NCBI GenBank assembly: GCA_947472995.1
Contig: CANJBO010000001.1
Location: 140,361-204,360 of the forward strand
DNA: 64,000 bases
Direction of reading: 5' to 3'
DNA from: Chloroflexota bacterium
GTDB taxonomy: Bacteria; Chloroflexota; Dehalococcoidia; UBA2979
The notes below the pieces were generated by a model. The model saw nothing but the letters and a program-made list of their open reading frames with translations. It made no database searches and was not told where the DNA came from. The position numbers and the translations under genes were made by a program. Every line of letters starts with the position of its first letter. The stretch's first letter is position 1. This document shows positions 1 to 7,989 of this stretch, one piece after another.

Positions 1-2431
1 ACGCACCGCGCCCGACGGCCAGCCCGCGTTCCACGCGCTGTGGTCGATCGAGGAGACCGCCGAGGGCCCGACGGTCACGCCCGCCGGCGAGCAGCGCGCG
101 TTCGAGGCGTTCATCGACCTGGTGATGGACCGCCTCGCCGCCGATCCGCAGCTGCACGTCTACCACTACGCGCCGTACGAGACGACGGCGGTGAAGCGGC
201 TCTCCGGCCGCTACGGCACCCGCGAGGATGAGGTGACGCGGCTGCTGCGCGCGGGCGTCTTCGTCGACCTCTACCGCGCCGTGCGGCAGGGTATCCGCGC
301 CTCCGTCGAGAGCTACTCGATCAAGAAGCTGGAGCCGCTGTACGACTTCCACCGCACCGTCGATCTGCGTGACGCCGGCAGTAGCATCGTCGAGTTCGAG
401 ACGTGGCTCGAGCTGGGCCATCACACCGACCGCACCGCGGCCACCGCGGTCCTCGACGAGATCGCCGGCTACAACCGCGACGACTGCGTCTCCACGCTGC
501 GGCTGCGCGACTGGCTCGAGGTGCAGCGCGCTGCGCTCGAAGCCACGCTTGGCGAGCCGCTGCCGCGCCCCGCGCCCGTCGAGACCGAGGCGGTCGAGGA
601 TAGCGAGGCGCAGCAGCAGGTACGCGCGCTGATGGACGCGCTCCTCGACGGCCTCCCCGAGCAGATGGAAACCGCATGCATCGAGGAGCGCGGGCGCTGG
701 CTGCTCGCGCAGCTGCTGTGGTGGTACCGCCGCGAGGAGCGCTCGTTCTGGTGGCGCTACTTCGAGCTGCTGAACGAGTACACCGACGAGCAGCGCATCG
801 ACGAGCGCGACGCACTCGGCGGGCTCGTCTTCCTCGACTCGCGCGTCGATCCGACGCCGCGCACGCGCTCCACGATCTACCGCTTCCGGTTCCCGCCGCA
901 GGAGCATCGCCTGCGCGCCGGCAACACGCCGCGCGATCAGTTCGGCCAGCCCGTCGGCACGATCTTCGCGATCGACGAGGACGAGCGGACGATCGAGTTG
1001 CGGCTCGGCACGAACCGGCCCGCGCCGCAGCCGACCTCGCTCATCCCGTACGACCTCGTCCGCGCGAGCCCGAAGCCGGAGTCGCTGCAGGCGCTCGCGA
1101 CGTGGGTGCTCGCGAACGGCATCGATGCACCCGGGCCGTTCCGCGCCGCGCGCGATCTGCTGCTGCGCCGTCCGCCGCGTGTCGGTCAGCCCACGGGCGC
1201 CGCGCTCTTCGAGGCAGGCGAGGACGTGCAGGACGTAGCGCGCAGCCTCGTCATGAAACTCGACGAGAGCTATCTCGCGATCCAGGGGCCGCCCGGCTCC
1301 GGGAAGAGCACCGTGGGCGCGCAGATGATCGTGGACGTCGTGCAGGCCGGGAAGCGCGTCGGCGTGACGGCGGCGAGCCACAAGGTGATCGGCGAGCTGC
1401 TCTCGAAGGTCGCCGAGATCGCGACCGCACGAGGCGTGCACGTGCGCATCGGCCAGCGCACCAGCGGCGATGAGCCCGCGACCTGCGACGCCGCCACGCC
1501 GTACGCCGACGCCGCCGGCGCGCGCGACGCGATCCTCGGCGGCGAGTTGGACGTGCTCGGCGCGACCGCGTGGCAGTGGGCACGCACCGACATGCAGGCG
1601 AGCGTCGACGTGCTGTTCATCGACGAGGCGGGACAGTTCGCGCTCGCCGACGCGATCGCCGTCGCCCTCGGCGCGAGCAACCTCGTGCTGCTCGGCGACC
1701 CGCAGCAGCTCGAGCAGGTCGTGCAGGGCACGCACCCGCCCGGCGTCGCGCGGCCGGCGCTCGGCCACGTGATCGACGGCGCCCGCGTCATGCCGGCGGA
1801 GTACGGGCTGTTCCTCGACGGCACGTGGCGACTGCATCCGGACATCACCGCGTTCACGTCCGAGGTGTTCTACGAGAGCCGCCTCCGTTCGCACCCCGGC
1901 CGCGAGGTGCTCGACCTCCTCGGCATCGACCCGCTGCACGGCGTCGGGATCCGCTTCGTCGCCGCCGAGCACGCGGGGCACTCGAGCGAGTCGCCGCCCG
2001 AGGCGGCCGCGATCGCCGCGCAGGTCCGCGCCTTCCTCGACGCGCGCCCCACGTGGGTCGATGCGAAGGGCGAGACGCGCGAGGTGACCGAGGACGACGT
2101 GCTGGTGATCACGCCGTACAACGCACAGGTCGCCGCGATCCTCCGCGAGCTGCCCGGGGTCCGCGTCGGCACCGTCGACAAGTTCCAGGGCCAGGAGGCC
2201 CCCGTCGCGATCTACTCGATGGCGACCAGCTCGGCCGAGGAGGCCCCGCGCGGCCTCGAGTTCCTCTACAACCTCAACCGCCTGAACGTCGCGACCAGCC
2301 GGGCGCAGTGCCTCGCGATCGTCGTCGCCAACCCGGCGCTGCTGCGCGCGCGCTGCACGACCCCGCGCCAGATGCGCCTCGTGAACGCGCTCGCGCGCCT
2401 CGTTGAGTTCGCGGACGCGCGAGAGCAGTAG
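1..2431 (+). CDS. RecB-like nuclease / superfamily 1 (DNA2/NAM7-type) helicase fusion protein, 5' end outside window
   Basis: Frame 2 is open from nt 2 and runs into the 122..2431 ORF. The N-terminal part is RecB/RNase H-fold-like (HVYHYAPYE, SYSIKKLE). The C-terminal part carries SF1 helicase motifs GPPGSGKST (Walker A), FIDEAGQ (Walker B), LLGDPQQL, VDKFQGQEAPV and NVATSRAQ. Confidence 0.8.
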   Translation, partial: RTAPDGQPAFHALWSIEETAEGPTVTPAGEQRAFEAFIDLVMDRLAADPQLHVYHYAPYETTAVKRLSGRYGTREDEVTRLLRAGVFVDLYRAVRQGIRASVESYSIKKLEPLYDFHRTVDLRDAGSSIVEFETWLELGHHTDRTAATAVLDEIAGYNRDDCVSTLRLRDWLEVQRAALEATLGEPLPRPAPVETEAVEDSEAQQQVRALMDALLDGLPEQMETACIEERGRWLLAQLLWWYRREERSFWWRYFELLNEYTDEQRIDERDALGGLVFLDSRVDPTPRTRSTIYRFRFPPQEHRLRAGNTPRDQFGQPVGTIFAIDEDERTIELRLGTNRPAPQPTSLIPYDLVRASPKPESLQALATWVLANGIDAPGPFRAARDLLLRRPPRVGQPTGAALFEAGEDVQDVARSLVMKLDESYLAIQGPPGSGKSTVGAQMIVDVVQAGKRVGVTAASHKVIGELLSKVAEIATARGVHVRIGQRTSGDEPATCDAATPYADAAGARDAILGGELDVLGATAWQWARTDMQASVDVLFIDEAGQFALADAIAVALGASNLVLLGDPQQLEQVVQGTHPPGVARPALGHVIDGARVMPAEYGLFLDGTWRLHPDITAFTSEVFYESRLRSHPGREVLDLLGIDPLHGVGIRFVAAEHAGHSSESPPEAAAIAAQVRAFLDARPTWVDAKGETREVTEDDVLVITPYNAQVAAILRELPGVRVGTVDKFQGQEAPVAIYSMATSSAEEAPRGLEFLYNLNRLNVATSRAQCLAIVVANPALLRARCTTPRQMRLVNALARLVEFADAREQ

Positions 2432-2445
2432 GGTCGCGCGACCGG

Positions 2446-2451
2446 TACGAT
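2446..2451 (+). promoter_or_regulatory. Candidate -10 box TACGAT, 7 nt upstream of ATG 2459 (possible leaderless mRNA)
   Basis: TACGAT is followed by cgatgcc and then the ATG. No Shine-Dalgarno sequence fits in between. The same hexamer recurs at other gene and RNA starts in this window. Confidence 0.35.
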
Positions 2452-2458
2452 CGATGCC

Positions 2459-3481
2459 ATGAAGAAGATCGGCTTTCTCTCGTTCGGGCACTGGACGCCA
2501 TCCGCGCAGTCGCAGACGCGGTCGGCGGCCGACGCGCTGCTGCAATCGATCGAGCTGGCGGTCGCTGCGGAGCAGCTCGGCGCGGACGGCGCGTACTTCC
2601 GCGCGCATCACTTCGCGCGGCAGCTCGGCTCGCCGTTCCCGTTGCTCGCCGCCGTCGGCGCGAGGACGCAGCGAATCGAGATCGGCACGGCCGTCATCGA
2701 CATGCGCTACGAGAACCCGCTCTACATGGCGGAGGACGCCGGCGCGGCCGACCTCATCGCCGGCGGCCGCCTCCAGCTGGGCATCAGCCGCGGCTCACCG
2801 GAGCAGGTGATCGATGGCTGGCGGCACTTCGGCTACGAGCCCGCCGAGGGCGAGACCGAGGCCGACATGGCACGCCGGCACGCGCAGCGGTTCCTCGAGG
2901 TGCTGCGCGGCGAGGGCTTCGCGCAGCCGAGTCCTCGACCGATGTTCCAGAACCCCCCGGGCCTCCTGCGCGTCGAGCCGCACGCCGACGGGCTGCGCGA
3001 CCGCATCTGGTGGGGCGCCAGCTCGAACGCCACGGCCGTGTGGGCGGCGCAGCTCGGCATGAACCTGCAGAGCTCCACGTTGAAGGACGACGAGACCGGA
3101 GAGGCGTTCCACGTCCAGCAGGCGGCGCAGATCCGCGCCTACCGCGCCGCGTGGAAGGAAGCGGGACACCAGCGCGAGCCTCGCGTGTCAGTGAGCCGCA
3201 GCATCTTCGCGCTCATCGATGACCGCGACTACACGTACTTCGGCACCAGCAGCGAGCAGGGCGACCAGATCGGCCTCATCGGCCCGAGCACGCGCGCCGT
3301 CTTCGGCCGCACCTACGCCGCGGAGCCCGGCGCACTCATCGAGCAGCTCCGGCAGGACGAGGCGATCGCCGAGGCCGACACGCTCCTCCTCACCGTCCCG
3401 AACCAGCTCGGCGTCGAGTACAACACCCACGTGATCGAGGCGATCCTGACCCACGTCGCGCCGGCCCTTGGCTGGCGCTAG
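2459..3481 (+). CDS. LLM-class (luciferase-like) flavin-dependent oxidoreductase
   Basis: 340-aa ORF with a typical LLM N-terminus (KIGFLSFGHW, ELAVAAEQLGADGAYF, RIEIGTAVIDMRYENP) and high GC3. Confidence 0.8.
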   Translation: MKKIGFLSFGHWTPSAQSQTRSAADALLQSIELAVAAEQLGADGAYFRAHHFARQLGSPFPLLAAVGARTQRIEIGTAVIDMRYENPLYMAEDAGAADLIAGGRLQLGISRGSPEQVIDGWRHFGYEPAEGETEADMARRHAQRFLEVLRGEGFAQPSPRPMFQNPPGLLRVEPHADGLRDRIWWGASSNATAVWAAQLGMNLQSSTLKDDETGEAFHVQQAAQIRAYRAAWKEAGHQREPRVSVSRSIFALIDDRDYTYFGTSSEQGDQIGLIGPSTRAVFGRTYAAEPGALIEQLRQDEAIAEADTLLLTVPNQLGVEYNTHVIEAILTHVAPALGWR

Positions 3482-3507
3482 CCCTACCTCGAAGGGGGCG
3501 ACTGGAC

Positions 3508-3534
3508 ATAAAAGAACCCGCCTCGCGGCGGGTT
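3508..3534 (-). terminator. Rho-independent terminator downstream of ssrA
   Basis: On the minus strand: stem aacccgcc, loop gcga, stem ggcgggtt, followed by CUUUUAU. It lies 12 nt past the tmRNA CCA end. Confidence 0.7.
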
Positions 3535-3546
3535 CGCTAGTGATCC

Positions 3547-3901
3547 TGGTGGAGACGGGGGAGAATTGAACTCCCCGTCCAGAGAACGTCGGACACGAGC
3601 CTCTACGGGTATAGTCCTGCGATTAATCTCACCAGCGCTCCCCGCAGAACACGGGAGCAGGCCTGGCCAGTCTCAGTGATCTTTCGCGCCTTCCCCTGCG
3701 ACACAGTGGGCGCGGCACCCCGGCATTACGTCGCTGTCAGCATCCCGTCGGGGCGGGGACGCTGGCCACGTCGCTACTTAATTAAGCAGCGAGGGCGAGT
3801 TGACGGTCGCCATTTATCCGTTTGCCACCTGATTAACGAGGGCGATGACACCTCGACCCGCCACCCGCACCCAGCCGTACCTGTCGAGTCCTGTCGTCCC
3901 C
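3547..3901 (-). ncRNA. ssrA: tmRNA (SsrA), about 355 nt
   Basis: The minus strand starts GGGGACGACAGGACTCGACAGG and ends with a T-arm GGGGAGTTCAATTCTCCCC followed by GTCTCCACCA. The acceptor stem has G3:U. The internal tag frame GGC AAA CGG ATA AAT GGC GAC CGT CAA CTC GCC CTC GCT GCT TAA ends in ...QLALAA*. The gene is co-oriented with and adjacent to smpB. Confidence 0.93.
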
Positions 3902-3960
3902 GAGAGGCAGGTCGAATACTTCCTGCCCATCGAGGATAACACGCGAGCCACGGCCCGCCG

Positions 3961-4206
3961 TCAGCGCGGGCGCCACGCCATGTTCATGTAGCCGTGGCCG
4001 GCCGCGAGCTCGCGGAGCATCTGGTCGAGGCGCTTCTGGCGCGTCGAGGGGCGGACGGCGCCCTCGATCCAACGGAGGTAGTCGTTGCGCTGGTAGGGCG
4101 GACGGGCGGCGTAGGCCTCGCGCAGATGTGCGGCGGCGAGCGCCCGGCGGACGTCGGGCGGCATCGGAGCGAGCGGGCGCTTGAGGGTCGATGGCTGCTC
4201 GGGCAT
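3961..4206 (-). CDS. YdeI/OmpD-associated (DUF1801-related) family protein
   Basis: The C-terminal pattern PPYQRNDYLRWIEGAVRPSTRQKRLDQMLRELA is typical of the YdeI/OmdA family. I chose the start at internal Met 28 (ATG at 4206), 5 nt after the smpB stop. The ORF-track start at 4287 would overlap smpB. Confidence 0.65.
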   Translation of the reverse strand: MPEQPSTLKRPLAPMPPDVRRALAAAHLREAYAARPPYQRNDYLRWIEGAVRPSTRQKRLDQMLRELAAGHGYMNMAWRPR

Positions 4207-4210
4207 CGAC

Positions 4211-4711
4211 CTAGCGCACGGAGTGGCGGATCGCGCGCTGGATGGTGACGTTCGCCTCGCGGGTGCGGATGGCGTCTCGCTTGTCATAACTACGCTTGCC
4301 GAGGGCGAGGCCGATCTCGACCTTGATGATGCCGTGGCTCAGGTGCAGGCGCAGCGGAATCACCGTCGTCCGCGGCTGCTCGTTCATCGCGGTCTCGAGG
4401 CGGATCAGTTCCCGGCGGTGCATGAGGAGCTTGCGAGGCCGCGTGGGCTCGTGGTTCTCGCGGGCAGGGGCGTAGGCCGCGATGTTCGCGTTGAAGAGCC
4501 ACAGCTCGCGGTTCTGGAAGCGGCAGTAGCCCTCCGCGATGCTGGCGTGCCCGGAGCGGATCGACTTCACCTCGGAGCCCAGCAGGGCGATCCCGGCGTC
4601 GTAGGACTGGAGGATCTCGTAGTCGAAGCGGGCACGGCGGTGCAGCGCGAGCGTGGCGTTCGCGCGGTCCTCCACCTTCGCCGGGTTCGCCGGGTTCGCC
4701 GTCTTCGCCAC
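4211..4711 (-). CDS. smpB: SsrA-binding protein SmpB
   Basis: FDYEILQSYDAGIALLGSEVKSIR, LWLFNANIAAY and RPRKLLMHRRELIRL are SmpB hallmarks. GTG start with GAGG upstream. Confidence 0.93.
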   Translation of the reverse strand: MAKTANPANPAKVEDRANATLALHRRARFDYEILQSYDAGIALLGSEVKSIRSGHASIAEGYCRFQNRELWLFNANIAAYAPARENHEPTRPRKLLMHRRELIRLETAMNEQPRTTVIPLRLHLSHGIIKVEIGLALGKRSYDKRDAIRTREANVTIQRAIRHSVR

Positions 4712-4827
4712 GCCTGACCTCGTCGTAACGTTACATAATCAGCGACCGTCCCGCCGCCTCGGTCGAGGGGAGGGCAGGGGCGCTCGGTGGTTTGCTGTCG
4801 AGGATACGGCCTCGCACGCGGCGCGAC

Positions 4828-6138
4828 CTAGCGGGTGATGCCCCGGAGCGTATCGATCGCGCGGAACATCCAGACGTCGCGACGCCCCTGGATCTCCTCC
4901 TGCGTCGGCGCGACCAGGATGTTGGGCTGCACGCCGTTGCCTTCGATCTGGTTGTGCGCGGGCGTGAGCCAGCGGGCGATCGAGACGTAGACGGCGCCGC
5001 CGTCGGACAGCGGCCGCACGTGGTTCACCGTGCCTTTGCCAAACGAGCGCGTGCCGATGATCGTGCCTCGACCGTTCTCCTTGATCGCGGCGGCGAGCAG
5101 CTCGGAGCCGGAGGCGGAGAACTGGTCCTGGAGGATCACGAGCGGGAGGTCGGTGACGACACCGGACTTCGCGCTCACGGTCTGCGTGTTCCCGGCACGG
5201 TCGACCTGCGACATGATCTCGCCCTTGTCGAGGAACATGTCCGCGATCTGGTTGGTCTCGTTCAGCAGGCCGCCCGGGTTGCTGCGCAGGTCGAGGATGA
5301 TGCCCTTCGCGCCGCTCTTCTTGGCCGCCTCGAGCGCCTGCTGCACCTCGTCGGGGGTGCTGCGGGTGAACGAGAGGATGTGCAGGTACGCATAATCGGT
5401 CACCTTCGCGCCGGAGGCGTCGGTGATCTCGCCAGTCGGCGGCGTGGCACGGACGGAGTTCTGCTGGATCGAGGCGCGCTGGACGGAGAGCGTCTCCTCC
5501 TTGCCGTCGGGATGACGCAGGCCGAGCTTCACGGTGGTGCCGGCGACGCCGCGGATGCGCCGGACGCCTTGCTCCACGGTCCAGCCCTGCGCGGATTCGC
5601 CGTCGACGGTGAGGATGCGGTCGCCGGGCTTCACGCCGGCCTTCTCGGCGGGCGTGTTCGGGAGCGGCTGGACGATGACGAGCCAGTCCTCGACCTTCGA
5701 GACCGTGGCGCCGATGCCCTCGAACTTGCCTTCGAAGTCGTTCTTCTGGAGCGCGTACTCGTCCGGCGTGATGTACGTGGAGTGCGGGTCCTTCAGCACC
5801 TCGAACATGCCCTGGATCGCGCCGTCGCGCAGGACGTCCGCGCGCGCCTTGTCGGACTCCACGAAGTCCTCGCCGAGCACTTTCGCGATCTCGCCGAGGA
5901 TCCCGAAGTCACGGTCGACGGCCGCCGAGTTCGCCGCGGTGCCACCCCCGGATGCCTGAGCGCCACGCTGGTCCAGCACCATCCGGCCAAGGAATCCGAC
6001 CGAGACGAGCGCGACGGCGATCAGCGTGGTCACCACGCCGATCAGGATCTTCTGGACCACGGTGCGCCAACTTCCTCGTACTCGCGGACGCGCGTGCGCT
6101 CCGGTGGCAGCGATCTGAACTCGCGCCGAGTTTAGCAT
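4828..6138 (-). CDS. S41 family C-terminal processing peptidase (PDZ domain, N-terminal membrane anchor)
   Basis: PDZ-like GVKPGDRILTVDG and S41 catalytic region FSASGSELLAAAIKENGRGTIIGTRSFGKGT. Start set at Met 52 (ATG 6138), just before the TM helix ILIGVVTTLIAVALV. Confidence 0.85.
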   Translation of the reverse strand: MLNSARVQIAATGAHARPRVRGSWRTVVQKILIGVVTTLIAVALVSVGFLGRMVLDQRGAQASGGGTAANSAAVDRDFGILGEIAKVLGEDFVESDKARADVLRDGAIQGMFEVLKDPHSTYITPDEYALQKNDFEGKFEGIGATVSKVEDWLVIVQPLPNTPAEKAGVKPGDRILTVDGESAQGWTVEQGVRRIRGVAGTTVKLGLRHPDGKEETLSVQRASIQQNSVRATPPTGEITDASGAKVTDYAYLHILSFTRSTPDEVQQALEAAKKSGAKGIILDLRSNPGGLLNETNQIADMFLDKGEIMSQVDRAGNTQTVSAKSGVVTDLPLVILQDQFSASGSELLAAAIKENGRGTIIGTRSFGKGTVNHVRPLSDGGAVYVSIARWLTPAHNQIEGNGVQPNILVAPTQEEIQGRRDVWMFRAIDTLRGITR

Positions 6139-6490
6139 CGCGCGCACCCACACCTCGCAGGGCTCGTGCGCAGGCCGGCCGCTCCCCCGTCCGGAGAAGC
6201 ACGATCCCACATCCGGATAACAACATAAGATAGATAGTGCGAAGTACTGCGGGACGTATTCAACACCGCCGCCCGAGCGACTCATCGACACCTCGAGCGG
6301 CCTCGAGGCCCGTGCGATCGCGATGTGCCCGGCTGGCGAGCATCCAGGCGCACTCGCACCACGACACCTCCGTGGCCCGGGTCACCTCGGACGCCTCGCG
6401 GACTCACGAGCTGCGCCAGCCAGCCCCACTCGCTGTGGCGCGCCACGCCGAGGCTCACCTATCGCTCAGGCCACTCGCAGCCGCCATCGG

Positions 6491-6518
6491 TTGCGGCTAT
6501 ACCCCCCGGTGGTAGTAT
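6491..6518 (+). promoter_or_regulatory. Candidate sigma70-type promoter TTGCGG-16-TAGTAT embedded in a near-palindrome
   Basis: TTGCGG (6491-6496), a 16-nt spacer, then TAGTAT (6513-6518). It overlaps the inverted repeat GGTAGTAT-AA-ATAC-CC-TACC. It sits about 38 nt upstream of ATG 6556, which has a GAAGGAGG RBS. Confidence 0.35.
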
Positions 6519-6555
6519 AAATACCCTACCGGGGTACAGAAGAAGGAGGCGTCGC

Positions 6556-6774
6556 ATGGTGACCTATCGAGGAGAGCTGCGCTGCTTCTCGTGCTCGCGG
6601 TACTTGGGCGAGTTCGAGTCCCACCCCCTGGCGCACGGTGCGAAGGACATCCACCTGCTCGAGCCGTCCGAGGGTGCCCTGCCGCATCACGCGGTCCAGA
6701 CGGAGCGCGGGTTGCGCTGCTCGGCGTGCGATGGCCGTGCCGTCGCGGAGTACGTGGACGGCATCGCGGCGTAG
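6556..6774 (+). CDS. Small zinc-ribbon-like hypothetical protein (72 aa)
   Basis: Strong RBS GAAGGAGG 6 nt before the ATG. Two CxxC pairs (CFSC ... CSAC). High GC3. I recognise no family. Confidence 0.55.
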   Translation: MVTYRGELRCFSCSRYLGEFESHPLAHGAKDIHLLEPSEGALPHHAVQTERGLRCSACDGRAVAEYVDGIAA

Positions 6775-6887
6775 TCGAGGGACAGCGTGGCGGCCCCTGA
6801 TCATCGGATCGGCGCCGCCACCTCCCTGCTGCTAATCAACGCAGCGTTAGATACAGGATTATTCGTTTATGTCCTGTATATCGGTAT

Positions 6888-7370
6888 CTACTTCGACTTC
6901 TTGAGGGTGCGGAGCGCGTCGAGGACCTTCGCGCCGTGCTCGGCGGCGGTGGCGCGCTTCCAGACGCGGAGCAGCTTCCCGTCCGGGCCGACGATGAACG
7001 TCGCGCGCGTCATGCCGATGCTCTTGCGGCCGTACAGGACCTTCTCGCCCCACGTGCCGTAGGCGGTCGAGAGCCGTTTGTCCTCGTCCACCAGCAGCGG
7101 GAACGGCAGCTCGTGGTTCGCGCGGAAGGCGCGGTGCGAGTCGGCGCTGTCAGTGGAGACGCCGAGGATGGTCGCGCCCTCGGCGGCGATCTCCGCGAAG
7201 TGGTCACGGAAGGAGCAGGCCTGCTTCGTGCAGCCCGGTGTCTCGTCCTTCGGGTAGAAGTAGAGCACCACGGTCTGGCCGCGGTAGTCCTTCAGATCGT
7301 GCTCGCGACCGTCCTGGTCGCGCACCGTGAACGCCGGGGCCTGGTCGCCCGCCTCGAGTGTGACCGCCAC
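6888..7370 (-). CDS. bcp: Thioredoxin-dependent peroxiredoxin Bcp
   Basis: VVLYFYPKDETPGCTKQACSFRD with the catalytic Cys in the PGCT motif. 160 aa. Confidence 0.9.
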   Translation of the reverse strand: MAVTLEAGDQAPAFTVRDQDGREHDLKDYRGQTVVLYFYPKDETPGCTKQACSFRDHFAEIAAEGATILGVSTDSADSHRAFRANHELPFPLLVDEDKRLSTAYGTWGEKVLYGRKSIGMTRATFIVGPDGKLLRVWKRATAAEHGAKVLDALRTLKKSK

Positions 7371-7371
7371 G

Positions 7372-7623
7372 CTAGTCCTCCGATCGTCCCGGGAACACGA
7401 CGAGCGAGGTCGTCGACTGGATGCCGTCGAGCGCCCGGATCTGGTCGGCGAGGATGCCGGGCACGTCCGCGAGGCTCTCCGTCTCGATCTCCGCGACGAT
7501 GTCGTACGGGCCCATCACCTCGTGGACCTCGGACACGTGGCGGATGGCGCGCACCTGGACGGCGACGCGATGCGTCGCGTCGGGCGCGGTGACGATGAGA
7601 ACGTACGCCTTGACCACAGTCAC
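7372..7623 (-). CDS. Stand-alone Lrp/AsnC ligand-binding (RAM) domain protein, 83 aa
   Basis: KAYVLIVTAP...HEVMGPYDIVAEIE matches the AsnC-type RAM domain and there is no HTH domain. GTG start. The stop abuts the bcp start. Confidence 0.7.
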   Translation of the reverse strand: MTVVKAYVLIVTAPDATHRVAVQVRAIRHVSEVHEVMGPYDIVAEIETESLADVPGILADQIRALDGIQSTTSLVVFPGRSED

Positions 7624-7782
7624 CTACTTCTCGCGCTGCCCTCGCTGCGGGCGGATTGTATCGCCGGTGGATGGTGTGGCCTCGGTGCCGGGGTGGCAAA
7701 TTGTGATGAGTCTGTGTCGGGAGGCACAATCGACAACTCCGCCGATGCTATGATCCGGCGCGCGGAGATCCGGGGGCAGGCG

Positions 7783-7810
7783 TTGAGCCTAGCGAATCTG
7801 CCGTGATAAT
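7783..7810 (+). promoter_or_regulatory. Candidate promoter TTGAGC-16-GATAAT for korAB (about 170-nt leader)
   Basis: Hexamers at 7783-7788 and 7805-7810, in an AT-richer patch of the 366-bp intergenic region. Confidence 0.35.
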
Positions 7811-7989
7811 TGCCACAACAACGAACGGCTGCGCGCCCGGCGCGCGGCGTCGTGCAAGAAACGGAGCACCCGCCCACTGAGGCGGGGCGTTGCGGTGACC
7901 GAAGTGGTGGAGCGGGTTGCATCCCGTCACTCCCCTTCCCAGTCCCGCGGCTTTTGTTTGTCTGCACAGGAAGACGGGACATCTTTCCC

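Noticed and set aside
4761-4785. gaggggagggcaggggcgc between smpB and the protease gene resembles the gggaggggcaggggtgggcc arm of repeat family 2.
   Set aside because: Only about 14 nt match, there is no palindromic partner and the sequence is a low-complexity G-run. It is too short to call a degenerate copy.
6237-6515. 92-aa (or 67-aa from GTG 6312) ORF in the long gap upstream of the zinc-ribbon gene.
   Set aside because: The codon-position GC pattern is mildly coding-like. However, there is no RBS, no recognisable family, and its stop lies inside the candidate -10 box and palindrome. I left it uncalled and mention it only in the corresponding finding.
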